Positions 1 through 7,348 of a stretch of DNA of 25,008 nucleotides are shown piece after piece (within the stretch, counting starts at the first letter, position 1; every line of letters begins with the position of its first letter). The translations under genes and the position numbers were made by a program. A model generated the notes under the pieces. That model saw only the letters and a program-made list of their open reading frames with translations, had not been told where the DNA came from and did not search any database. Origin of the DNA: an uncultured virus (IMG/VR IMGVR_UViG_3300011567_000001) (taxonomy: Duplodnaviria > Heunggongvirae > Uroviricota > Caudoviricetes); the IMG/VR virus record IMGVR_UViG_3300011567_000001, positions 62,001 to 87,008 of that record. The stretch is one strand, 5' to 3'.

Positions 1-60
1 TAAAGATGACAATCTAAAGGAAGTTAAGTGTACAGACTTTGAACGAGGAGAAGATAGGAA

Positions 61-285
61 ATGAACACAAAACAAATCAAGATTCTAATTAGCAACGGCA
101 AGACTGAACTCTATCATTCAAACTTTCAGATCATTAGTAGCTTGAGCATGGTGGAAGTGGATTCAGCGCTCTATACCGTTTTAAAGGACCAGGGAGGCTT
201 TTATATTCCATCATCTGGTAGCTCGGGTAATCGATATATTCAGAAGATGGTAGAGTCTGGAGAGAAGGTTTACTTTGTGAGTTGA
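61..285 (+). CDS. hypothetical phage protein (74 aa)
   Basis: ORF with purine-rich SD (GAGGAG/TAGGA) upstream; no recognisable motif. Confidence 0.7.
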   Translation: MNTKQIKILISNGKTELYHSNFQIISSLSMVEVDSALYTVLKDQGGFYIPSSGSSGNRYIQKMVESGEKVYFVS

Positions 286-310
286 TTAAGATGAATAAGG
301 GAGTAACAAA

Positions 311-514
311 GTGAGTAGACTAATTTATAGTGTGATGATACAAGAGGGTTTTCCTACACAGGATGTTATCTTTCTTGATAAGAGTTTTACTGATGAAAAC
401 AAGGCTAACACCTACTGCGAGTTTAGGAACTCTTCGCTTACAGCTGACATGTTAGAGATTTATGAGTGTGATTATATCCATTGGTTTGTTCAAGTGAGTG
501 TGCTGGAAGACTAA
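311..514 (+). CDS. hypothetical phage protein (67 aa)
   Basis: GTG start after AAGGGAG; follows the previous ORF. Confidence 0.7.
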   Translation: MSRLIYSVMIQEGFPTQDVIFLDKSFTDENKANTYCEFRNSSLTADMLEIYECDYIHWFVQVSVLED

Positions 515-550
515 CCCAAAACCCCGGAAAATAGACTTGCATAAATCTGA

Positions 551-568
551 ATACTCAAGGATGAGTAT
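551..568 (+). promoter_or_regulatory. RsmA/CsrA-consensus hairpin (ATACTC-AAGGAT-GAGTAT)
   Basis: 6-bp stem with AAGGAT loop; matches the (A/U)CANGGANG(U/A) consensus. Confidence 0.5.
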
Positions 569-677
569 GGGAGAAAAAATATCTAGGAAGGTAGGAATTG
601 ATTTGTGTAATTTGACCAGATATAGCTCAAGACGGTTTAACGATACCCCAAATTCAAATCGCAGTCAACATTTATGA
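567..677 (+). CDS. possible 36-aa small ORF
   Basis: ATG preceded by AAGGA inside the 551-568 hairpin; read manually; weak support. Confidence 0.25.
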   Translation: MGEKISRKVGIDLCNLTRYSSRRFNDTPNSNRSQHL

Positions 678-786
678 TTATAAAATATTTGAATGAAGGC
701 TTCTCACCCAATAGCTATAAACAATAAGCTATCCATACTAATCCATGATAAACTGTTAGCAGCATATCTTCTATAAACCATCTAGG

Positions 787-835
787 CAAAAGAAAGCCTC
801 CTGGCTACATCCTTGTTAGGGAGATAGAGGAGGCT
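787..835 (-). terminator. intrinsic terminator for the leftward early genes
   Basis: AGCCTCCT (795-802) / AGGAGGCT (828-835) stem followed on the minus strand by TTCTTTTG; unusually large 25-nt loop. Confidence 0.6.
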
Positions 836-850
836 GTTGTATTGATTGGA

Positions 851-1114
851 TTACTTCATATTCTTGGCATAATGGTTGCTAAGGGAACGAGCTTCACTGC
901 TGATATTGTGGAGGCGGTCAGTAGTGTCTTTGTATGCCTTCTGAGCATGGTCCACAACCATTTTAAAGTCAGCCTCCATCTTAGTACCTACTGCACACTC
1001 AAACATCCACTGGGCAGCTTCCAGAGAGGCCTTAGCGTTGTCACGCTCCTCTTCAAGCTTAGAGACCATGTTCCACTGGTTGGCTGCTTGCTTGATCATT
1101 TGGGAGTAGGACAT
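851..1114 (-). CDS. hypothetical early protein (87 aa, helical/coiled-coil-like)
   Basis: Start moved to the ATG at 1114 (MSYSQ...), which follows AAGGTG; the ORF-track start lies inside a promoter. Confidence 0.75.
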   Translation of the reverse strand: MSYSQMIKQAANQWNMVSKLEEERDNAKASLEAAQWMFECAVGTKMEADFKMVVDHAQKAYKDTTDRLHNISSEARSLSNHYAKNMK

Positions 1115-1148
1115 TTTGATCACCTTGGTGTTTGTCTTTGATGTGTTT

Positions 1149-1177
1149 ATTTTAATCTTGTGTGGATATGTCGTCAA
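1149..1177 (-). promoter_or_regulatory. sigma70 promoter
   Basis: TTGACG-N17-TAAAAT. Confidence 0.75.
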
Positions 1178-1397
1178 GCTTTTTCTTTAAGAAATTCTTA
1201 TCTTGTTCAGAAAGAAATTTGGAGAAGGCAAGCTCTGGGGTAAGTTCCCAAGGTCCAATCTTCAATTTGCTGATAAATCTGTAGTAAGGGGGAATACCAT
1301 TCCAAGGTTCACCTATGTTACAGTCTAAACTGATACCACTAATACTCCTTCTAGCTTCTCTAGCAAGCTCTAAGAGAACTTTAGAGTCTTCCATCAT
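1152..1397 (-). CDS. hypothetical early protein (~80 aa)
   Basis: AGGAG SD supplied by repeat copy 1. Confidence 0.7.
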   Translation of the reverse strand: MMEDSKVLLELAREARRSISGISLDCNIGEPWNGIPPYYRFISKLKIGPWELTPELAFSKFLSEQDKNFLKKKLDDISTQD

Positions 1398-1486
1398 CTA
1401 TCTCCTATTTAATTAACGTACACAACGTTTCTGGTTAGCTTCTTTATTCCAAGTATAAGGCTTAGCAAGGCTATTGTAAACCTCTT
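1396..1486. repeat. 91-bp direct repeat copy 1 (promoter-leader-RBS cassette)
   Basis: First 48 nt identical to 1891-1938; the remainder conserves the -10 and -35 boxes. Confidence 0.95.
1452..1480 (-). promoter_or_regulatory. sigma70 promoter
   Basis: TTTACA-N17-TATACT. Confidence 0.75.
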
Positions 1487-1622
1487 AACGAACCAAGCTA
1501 GCTGACTGCCACCAGTCAAGGAAGGCTTGCCTACGAGCTTCATGCAGGCTTGTAGCAGACACTACCGCAGTGAACACTTCATTGGTGATGTTATCGATCA
1601 TGGGGATGTAGTAAGTGGTCAT
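1485..1622 (-). CDS. small early protein (45 aa, MTTYYIPMID...)
   Basis: Read manually; directly downstream of promoter 1655-1683. Confidence 0.65.
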   Translation of the reverse strand: MTTYYIPMIDNITNEVFTAVVSATSLHEARRQAFLDWWQSASLVR

Positions 1623-1654
1623 GGCTTTAATCTCTGTTTGGTTTGTGTAGGTGT

Positions 1655-1683
1655 ATCTTAGCTAGGTTATCTTGCTCAGTCAA
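1655..1683 (-). promoter_or_regulatory. sigma70 promoter
   Basis: TTGACT-N17-TAAGAT. Confidence 0.75.
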
Positions 1684-1693
1684 GCTTTATATT

Positions 1694-1888
1694 TTATTGG
1701 CTTACGTAGGAACCTAGGTGGTTTGGAGTACCATCGTCTCTAGCGAAGCCTAGAATGTTACCCAAGTGATCTGTCCAGGCATAGACACCTTTATCAGCGT
1801 CATCGAGTTCTCCTTTAAAGCACTTCTCGTGTTTAATCTTACCCTTACGATTACCACCGAAGTTGAAGGTGTATTCTTTCTTAGTCAT
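1694..1888 (-). CDS. hypothetical early protein (64 aa)
   Basis: AGGAG SD supplied by repeat copy 2. Confidence 0.7.
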   Translation of the reverse strand: MTKKEYTFNFGGNRKGKIKHEKCFKGELDDADKGVYAWTDHLGNILGFARDDGTPNHLGSYVSQ

Positions 1889-1890
1889 TT

Positions 1891-1981
1891 ATCTATCTCC
1901 TATTTAATTAACGTACACAACGTTTCTGGTTAGCTTCTCTATCCCAAGTATAGAGCTTACTCAATCCGTTGTAAACCTCTT
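1891..1981. repeat. 91-bp direct repeat copy 2
   Basis: Matches 1396-1486. Confidence 0.95.
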
Positions 1982-2030
1982 TAGCAGGGGCTTTGTCTAG
2001 AGCTTGTTGCAAGCGTTCTTGGAATGACAT
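1908..2030 (-). CDS. small early protein (40 aa, MSFQERLQQA...RCVR)
   Basis: Read manually; TAGGT SD; downstream of promoter 2075-2103; runs through repeat copy 2. Confidence 0.55.
   Translation of the reverse strand: MSFQERLQQALDKAPAKEVYNGLSKLYTWDREANQKRCVR
1947..1975 (-). promoter_or_regulatory. sigma70 promoter
   Basis: TTTACA-N17-TATACT. Confidence 0.75.
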
Positions 2031-2074
2031 GGTAGTTACCTACTGGTGAGAGACGTTGTGTCTCTGATGAATTG

Positions 2075-2103
2075 AGTATAAGAGATTGCACACAGTAGGT
2101 CAA
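2075..2103 (-). promoter_or_regulatory. sigma70 promoter
   Basis: TTGACC-N17-TATACT. Confidence 0.8.
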
Positions 2104-2119
2104 GGATTATTTGATATTT

Positions 2120-2314
2120 CTACCAATTATTATCAAGACCAAGAATCTTTCTCAGGTATTCAATCTCTCTTGTGTTTACAGACTCATCCCTACCAACCTC
2201 TTCGACACTATCAATTACACCTTCAAGCTTCAGACAAAGTGCTTTAGCAACTTCACACTGACCATTGAGAAGAGTGTTCATTAGTTCTTTGATAGTCATG
2301 TTGTTAGCATTCAT
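2120..2314 (-). CDS. hypothetical early protein (64 aa)
   Basis: ATG after TAGGTG SD; promoter 2353-2381 upstream. Confidence 0.7.
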   Translation of the reverse strand: MNANNMTIKELMNTLLNGQCEVAKALCLKLEGVIDSVEEVGRDESVNTREIEYLRKILGLDNNW

Positions 2315-2352
2315 CTTAATCACCTATTAGCTTGTTTGCTTCTGATGTGTCT

Positions 2353-2381
2353 ATCTTACTAACAGCCACCTAGCATGTCAA
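2353..2381 (-). promoter_or_regulatory. sigma70 promoter
   Basis: TTGACA-N17-TAAGAT. Confidence 0.8.
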
Positions 2382-2389
2382 CATCTTTC

Positions 2390-2946
2390 TCAATTGAATT
2401 TACCTATCACTCTTCCTCTTGTAATAACCTCACTCTTCATTGTATTATTCTATCACTATCTGTTGTTCGATTGAGATATTGTATTGATTAGTGTGATTGA
2501 GAGAGTTAATCGTGCAGAGTTAGTGCATTGATTTTGGCTATATTTGTTGACAAATGAGTGATTAGGAGGAATTTATCACGTGATTTGAGTTAATAGCGGG
2601 AGTTAATCGTGCTTAACCAATCACGATAACACTGGGAGAAACATTAGGGAGAGACACTGATTACATCAATTTTACCTCAATCTCAGCATAAATGTCTTGA
2701 CAACACAAAAGTAGCTAGAAGTATTGATTTAGGTATACTCACAGAGGTTTTGATAGTGTTAATTTGACTACATAATAGTCAAAACATGTAGTCAAAATAA
2801 TGACATAAAAGAGTAGTTATTTTAAGGTTTAGATTAATTTTCTCTTAATAAATACTAAACATATCCCTCCTAAGGACTAACCCTCCCAAACCATTGATTT
2901 AGAAGGGTTTTTTATTAAATTTAGAACATTTTTTTAGAAATTCGTA
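2390..2946. other. AT-rich non-coding block with repeats (candidate replication origin or genome-end/packaging region)
   Basis: No ORF of 60 aa or more; GAGTTAATCGTGC x2; 11-bp inverted repeat; IHF-consensus match at 2887-2899. Confidence 0.45.
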
Positions 2947-4266
2947 TTAAGGGTTCATAACCACACTTCCAGACATCCAATCAATAAGTAAATTTCTCAT
3001 TCTACTACTAGGAATGTACAGGTTAATAGGTTCTTGTTTACGTACTCTGCTACGATAAATCCACTGAAGCATTTCACTGACAGAGTATCTTGTCATGTCT
3101 GGTGCAAACTGTTCTCCTCTATCTTTCATGTATTTATAAGGTTCAGGATGCATAAATGAGTTGAACACATAGGCAAGATGATAAGTATCTGAATAGCTAT
3201 TTACTGCTTTAGTATTAACTGCAATGTGTCGTTTAGAATAACCTCTACCCTTGAATGTGTTAGAGCACTCCATCAAGCAAGTCCATAGTCTGTCATTAAC
3301 AGATGACTTACAGTATGTAGCATTATTAAAGTAGTTGTGAAGGTTATTCCTCACATCCTTAGACATAGCAGAGTCTTTAGAATACCTCTTTTGATCAGCT
3401 ACTGAAAAGGCAAACTCACTCCTTCCTACTCGATTCATTTTGTCATTATCAACAATCATAATCAAGTCATAAGGATTACTTGGTAGCTGAATTCCAAGTT
3501 CTGTTCTATGACTTACTCCATAGAAATCAAGATACTTTTCAAACATACTGCCTGCAAACATGTAGGTTAGAATCTGAATCTCATCGAATGCCTTAAGAAA
3601 CTCGATAGGGTATTCCCACATGAATAGGTCACGACTACCCTTCTCATCCTCGATCAGTACAAGGCTTCCATTATCACATAAAGCTTTAATCTGCATATCC
3701 CAGCTATAACCGTTTGAGTCTGCATCTTCTCTATCATCATCTACTTGAAAGCCTTCATCCCAGTGCAACACACCACGTTCATCAGGCCAGATAGCACCAG
3801 AGTTTAGTAGTAGCTTACGTCGGTGTGATTTGACATGTAGAGGCTTGATTGCTTCAAGCTCCTCATCAATAACAAGCTTATAGCCGGAATCTTTTAGATT
3901 CTTGATAGTGTCAGGAGTAAATAGCTTAAGTGCTGCATGTGTAGTGACGATATCACGACCCTTCTGGATAAGATCAGAGATATGTTCAACCTTCGTTCTA
4001 TAGCCCTTTTGAGGATGTATAAAGCGTCTTCCTGAGGCATTACAACCTGTACCTTTATAGATTACTTCTCCCTTGTCATCACGTAGTGGAAGCTGGCTGT
4101 CTCCGCTGTCAGGGTCAATTAGAGTGCCCGCGTAACGATGAGCCTCAGCCAAGAACGGCGATACTACAATCCAGCGATCATCTGGACTGCTATTGTTAAT
4201 CTGTTCAATCATTCGACTACTCTTGCCGTTCCCTGGCAGGCAATCATGTACAATTACTTTAGTCAT
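2947..4266 (-). CDS. P-loop NTPase / SF2-like helicase (possible origin-binding protein)
   Basis: Walker A PGNGKS, Ia VVSPF, Ib TTH, Walker B LVIDEE, motif VI-like QWIYRSRVR. Confidence 0.8.
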   Translation of the reverse strand: MTKVIVHDCLPGNGKSSRMIEQINNSSPDDRWIVVSPFLAEAHRYAGTLIDPDSGDSQLPLRDDKGEVIYKGTGCNASGRRFIHPQKGYRTKVEHISDLIQKGRDIVTTHAALKLFTPDTIKNLKDSGYKLVIDEELEAIKPLHVKSHRRKLLLNSGAIWPDERGVLHWDEGFQVDDDREDADSNGYSWDMQIKALCDNGSLVLIEDEKGSRDLFMWEYPIEFLKAFDEIQILTYMFAGSMFEKYLDFYGVSHRTELGIQLPSNPYDLIMIVDNDKMNRVGRSEFAFSVADQKRYSKDSAMSKDVRNNLHNYFNNATYCKSSVNDRLWTCLMECSNTFKGRGYSKRHIAVNTKAVNSYSDTYHLAYVFNSFMHPEPYKYMKDRGEQFAPDMTRYSVSEMLQWIYRSRVRKQEPINLYIPSSRMRNLLIDWMSGSVVMNP

Positions 4267-4573
4267 CCTCTACCTCAAATTCACTAGCCCAGTTATCAGC
4301 ATCATAAGTCAAAGCACTCTTTAGAAAACTATTCCTAATGTCCTGATCAATCCCGACAAAAGTTCCAAGCCTTACAATGTCATAACCAAAGCACTGTTCA
4401 TCCCACCAAGTCTCAGCCATACTCTCTGTATAACTATCAACCATCTCTTGCTGTTCAGATTTACTCAAGTCATCGAATTGGTCCACAGTATCTTGCCAAT
4501 CTCTCTTAATGTCTTCAAAAGTGATCATGTAGATACTCCCTTCAGCCATAATACATTTCTTAGGAAACATCAC
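4259..4573 (-). CDS. hypothetical acidic protein
   Basis: Overlaps both neighbours in an operon-like arrangement. Confidence 0.7.
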   Translation of the reverse strand: MMFPKKCIMAEGSIYMITFEDIKRDWQDTVDQFDDLSKSEQQEMVDSYTESMAETWWDEQCFGYDIVRLGTFVGIDQDIRNSFLKSALTYDADNWASEFEVEDD

Positions 4574-4989
4574 TCCACCTCCATAACACTTCGATCAAAG
4601 TCTTTCCATTCATTGATAAACAGCAGTAAATAACTAGTAGCATAGACATCATGATTACCACTTTTAATAATCTGGTTGGCCTCACAAGCGTGTTCATACC
4701 AACCTTTAAAGTTGTATAAGATTTCATCTTGTGCCTGTGTTGAAACAGAGTCTAATGTCCACTCAACTCGGTCTCTACCAACTTCGGCTAAAAGTTTTTC
4801 ATAGTTAGTTTTATTCCGAGTTCTCAACTTGAAGAAGAAATTCTTTTTAGGATATTCCAATTCTACCCATTTATCACAAAGCTTATTAATCATTTTACTA
4901 TAACTCAGTTTCACATATCTGTAATTTTCATGTGCCGTGTATAATTCTTCAAGACTATCAAGCTTAATAAGCGATGATGGTTTGTTCAT
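4570..4989 (-). CDS. hypothetical protein (139 aa)
   Basis: Strong GGAGGAGGT SD. Confidence 0.8.
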   Translation of the reverse strand: MNKPSSLIKLDSLEELYTAHENYRYVKLSYSKMINKLCDKWVELEYPKKNFFFKLRTRNKTNYEKLLAEVGRDRVEWTLDSVSTQAQDEILYNFKGWYEHACEANQIIKSGNHDVYATSYLLLFINEWKDFDRSVMEVE

Positions 4990-5041
4990 CTTTTACCTCC
5001 TCCAAATTATACAGAATTATAGCTAATCCATAATTTACAAT

Positions 5042-5068
5042 AAAACAAAAGCCCTCACTTAAGAGGGC
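5042..5068 (-). terminator. intrinsic terminator
   Basis: GCCCTC/GAGGGC stem followed by TTTTGTTTT on the minus strand. Confidence 0.7.
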
Positions 5069-5076
5069 GACATATC

Positions 5077-5217
5077 CTAGCTATAGCAATAAGCCACAGC
5101 TTCAGACAATGATCCTTTGCAAGCATAGAGCATCCTGCTCCCTTTCATATAGACAAGATAGCAACTCTCACCACGTTCTTTGACAACCCAACCACCCAGA
5201 TTGAATACAGTTTTCAT
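5077..5217 (-). CDS. small protein (46 aa, MKTVFNLGGW...)
   Basis: AGGAG SD; start moved downstream of promoter 5251-5279. Confidence 0.7.
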   Translation of the reverse strand: MKTVFNLGGWVVKERGESCYLVYMKGSRMLYACKGSLSEAVAYCYS

Positions 5218-5250
5218 ATCAAAGCTCCTGCTCTTTCTTTGTATGTGAGG

Positions 5251-5279
5251 AGTATAGGGTGCTTGGGATAGCTTGTCAA
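5251..5279 (-). promoter_or_regulatory. sigma70 promoter
   Basis: TTGACA-N17-TATACT. Confidence 0.85.
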
Positions 5280-5288
5280 CTCCCTTCT

Positions 5289-5453
5289 CTAACAAATAAT
5301 CAACACAATCAGCACATAAGGCACAATCACAGCCAAAGCTCCTACAAGGATAGCTACAGACGTATGTGACCAGTAATGCTTCTGCCAGTGTTTGCTTGCC
5401 TGGATAGTCTTGTCTGTGTCATCTAAGAGAGCTTTGTGGTGTTGTTTGTTCAT
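5289..5453 (-). CDS. small membrane protein
   Basis: C-terminal hydrophobic helix VAILVGALAVIVPYVLIVLII; start uncertain. Confidence 0.65.
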   Translation of the reverse strand: MNKQHHKALLDDTDKTIQASKHWQKHYWSHTSVAILVGALAVIVPYVLIVLIIC

Positions 5454-5454
5454 T

Positions 5455-5667
5455 CTAGGAATTGCTCCCTGCCAGAGGTCCACTAGGCTCAAGGTCTTTA
5501 CCTCTTTGAGCAGCCACCTTCATCATTTTACGCTGAGACTCTGTCATAGGAATGGACTGTTGCACATACCAAACTAGCAGATTGAGGTATTTCTCCTCAT
5601 CGTCTGTCTTGTCAACCTTCTTACGAAGTCGTCCGATATCTTCAATAATCCATTGTTCAGGTTTCAT
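5455..5667 (-). CDS. hypothetical protein (70 aa)
   Basis: AGGAGGT SD; ATGA overlap with the upstream gene. Confidence 0.7.
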   Translation of the reverse strand: MKPEQWIIEDIGRLRKKVDKTDDEEKYLNLLVWYVQQSIPMTESQRKMMKVAAQRGKDLEPSGPLAGSNS

Positions 5668-5951
5668 CCCAACACCTCCTTAACCAAACCCTTACCAGCC
5701 TCTTCAAGCTCAATGACAGCAACACCTGTCTCACCTGCTTGTTGGACAATGATAATCTTGCCAGAAGGCATTGTATGGACGTATACAGGTAATGTACCTG
5801 CTTGCACAGTAGCTTTGAGAGTAGAACCTTGCAGGATAAGGCTATCATTCATTTCTAGGGTTGCTTGGTTGGTAGTGGACATGTTGGGATCTCCTGGGTC
5901 AGTGGTTGATTGTTGTGAGCCGTAGTTGATGCCGTATCCGTTCTCAGTCAT
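5664..5951 (-). CDS. hypothetical protein (95 aa)
   Basis: Tight operon packing. Confidence 0.7.
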   Translation of the reverse strand: MTENGYGINYGSQQSTTDPGDPNMSTTNQATLEMNDSLILQGSTLKATVQAGTLPVYVHTMPSGKIIIVQQAGETGVAVIELEEAGKGLVKEVLG

Positions 5952-6135
5952 TCTTATTCATACCTTCTAATGATACAGCTATGTTCCTACCATCTATATA
6001 GTAGATACCTGCTATTTCATCTTTTTTTGAATTGAACTTTGTGTTAGCTTTGAACCAATTAAAGATTGCAAAGGCTTCAAACTCAGTTTCTGGTAAAAAT
6101 AGTATGCAGCCATTTTCATTAAATTCTGTTTTCAT
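5944..6135 (-). CDS. hypothetical protein
   Basis: GAGGT SD before MKTEF; AT-rich. Confidence 0.6.
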   Translation of the reverse strand: MKTEFNENGCILFLPETEFEAFAIFNWFKANTKFNSKKDEIAGIYYIDGRNIAVSLEGMNKND

Positions 6136-6183
6136 TCCATTACAACCTCTATCCAAAGAATAATTTTCAAAGCCAAACTCATC

Positions 6184-6390
6184 TCACCTCTCCTTAACCA
6201 ATTTCTTAATCTTCTTATCTACACTCTGATTGTGTAGGCTCCTGAAACCAAAATACAATCCCATTGGCACAAGCCACAATCCTGCACTCAGGATTCCAAG
6301 GATCAAGTGGAATAAAATCTCTCCACCAGATGCCTTCTTTTTAGATTCCTTGAGACGATTGAGCTCCCAAAGCTTATCTTCACTGTTCAT
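6184..6390 (-). CDS. small membrane protein
   Basis: HLILGILSAGLWLVP hydrophobic segment; AGGAG SD. Confidence 0.7.
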   Translation of the reverse strand: MNSEDKLWELNRLKESKKKASGGEILFHLILGILSAGLWLVPMGLYFGFRSLHNQSVDKKIKKLVKER

Positions 6391-6521
6391 TTGTAATCTC
6401 CTGCAATTAGCATGCTAGCAAACTTCTTAATGTAAAACAATTCCCTAACATCTTTAGTCTGTTTGTATTTATTAAGTGCAAATGTAAAATCTAGAGCTAG
6501 GGTGCTGGTTGAGCGGCTCAT
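6387..6521 (-). CDS. small protein (44 aa, MSRSTSTLAL...)
   Basis: Read manually; ATGA overlaps at both ends. Confidence 0.6.
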   Translation of the reverse strand: MSRSTSTLALDFTFALNKYKQTKDVRELFYIKKFASMLIAGDYK

Positions 6522-6718
6522 AGATAAGCCTTCTGGCAAAGTTCTTCAATACTTTCCCTGAGCTTGAAGTAAAGTTCTTCATAAGCTTGGGCCTCTTCTG
6601 TAGCCAGCTTAAGTTCTGCTTCAGCTTTACGAGCACGTTTATAATAGTGAATAGCCAGTTCACGGCATTCTTCATCGGTTTTTTCTTTAAAGAATTTAGT
6701 ATCTATTTTCTTAGACAT
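6518..6718 (-). CDS. hypothetical coiled-coil protein (66 aa)
   Basis: AGGA SD; downstream of promoter 6753-6781. Confidence 0.7.
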   Translation of the reverse strand: MSKKIDTKFFKEKTDEECRELAIHYYKRARKAEAELKLATEEAQAYEELYFKLRESIEELCQKAYL

Positions 6719-6752
6719 TTTCTGAATTCCTGTGTGCTTGGTTGGTAGGGTT

Positions 6753-6781
6753 ATTATTCATTAGATAGAGGTTTTAGTCAA
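6753..6781 (-). promoter_or_regulatory. sigma70 promoter
   Basis: TTGACT-N17-AATAAT. Confidence 0.6.
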
Positions 6782-6797
6782 CAGCCGTTGGTCGGTC

Positions 6798-7292
6798 TTA
6801 TGCACCAAATCCGAAGCAGTTCAACACGCCAGCCCCAACCATAATCGAAGCTACAAGAAAGGCAAAAGGATGCTTCGCAGCAAAACCCTTAGCAGCATCC
6901 TCTACAGCATTCATGATAGAAGGCTTGGTGGAAGGTTTGGGCGAGGTGGGTTGTTCTTCTTCTTTGACAATGCCCATACGCTTTTCCAAGCGAGCCATAC
7001 ATTTTTCCCACTCAGTCAGCAAGAGATTGTATTGATCAAAGCTAATCTCGCCATTCTCAAAAGCTTTTTCAAAGGCTACACGCTTCTTGTCTAGGGTATC
7101 CTCACGCTTCTGGTCCAAAGTTCTATAGTCGGGGTCTTTGATTTTCTTAGCCTTCTTCTCCACAGGCTTAGGGTCAGCGTAGTTCTCGATTGCGGCAGAA
7201 CCGTTTGCTCTGAAATGCTTATTGACCTGATAACCGGTGTACGAATCGGCTGCTGCGTTAGACCATTCTTGCAAAATGAATTGACGGGACAT
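6798..7292 (-). CDS. hypothetical protein with C-terminal membrane anchor (164 aa)
   Basis: GAGGAG SD; hydrophobic C-terminus. Confidence 0.8.
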   Translation of the reverse strand: MSRQFILQEWSNAAADSYTGYQVNKHFRANGSAAIENYADPKPVEKKAKKIKDPDYRTLDQKREDTLDKKRVAFEKAFENGEISFDQYNLLLTEWEKCMARLEKRMGIVKEEEQPTSPKPSTKPSIMNAVEDAAKGFAAKHPFAFLVASIMVGAGVLNCFGFGA

Positions 7293-7319
7293 GATGCTTG
7301 CTCCTCATTTGTTGAGGTC

Positions 7320-7348
7320 AGAATAGCAAGCATCACCCACCAAGTCAA
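7320..7348 (-). promoter_or_regulatory. sigma70 promoter
   Basis: TTGACT-N17-TATTCT. Confidence 0.7.

Noticed and set aside
717..778. Three ATAAAC hexamers in the convergent intergenic region
   Set aside because: Short, irregularly spaced and expected by chance in AT-rich DNA
842..1141. Plus-strand ORFs antisense to the early genes (also 5653-5925, 8814-9197, 10308-10613, 10857-11150)
   Set aside because: Shadow frames of minus-strand genes that have SDs and promoters
1396..1981. CRISPR array or attachment sites
   Set aside because: Only two 91-bp copies, 495 bp apart, containing promoter and RBS elements; no cas or integrase genes
7091..7348. 85-aa ORF MTWWVMLAIL...
   Set aside because: Its TTG start is the -35 box of promoter 7320-7348, and it overlaps gene 6798-7292 out of frame
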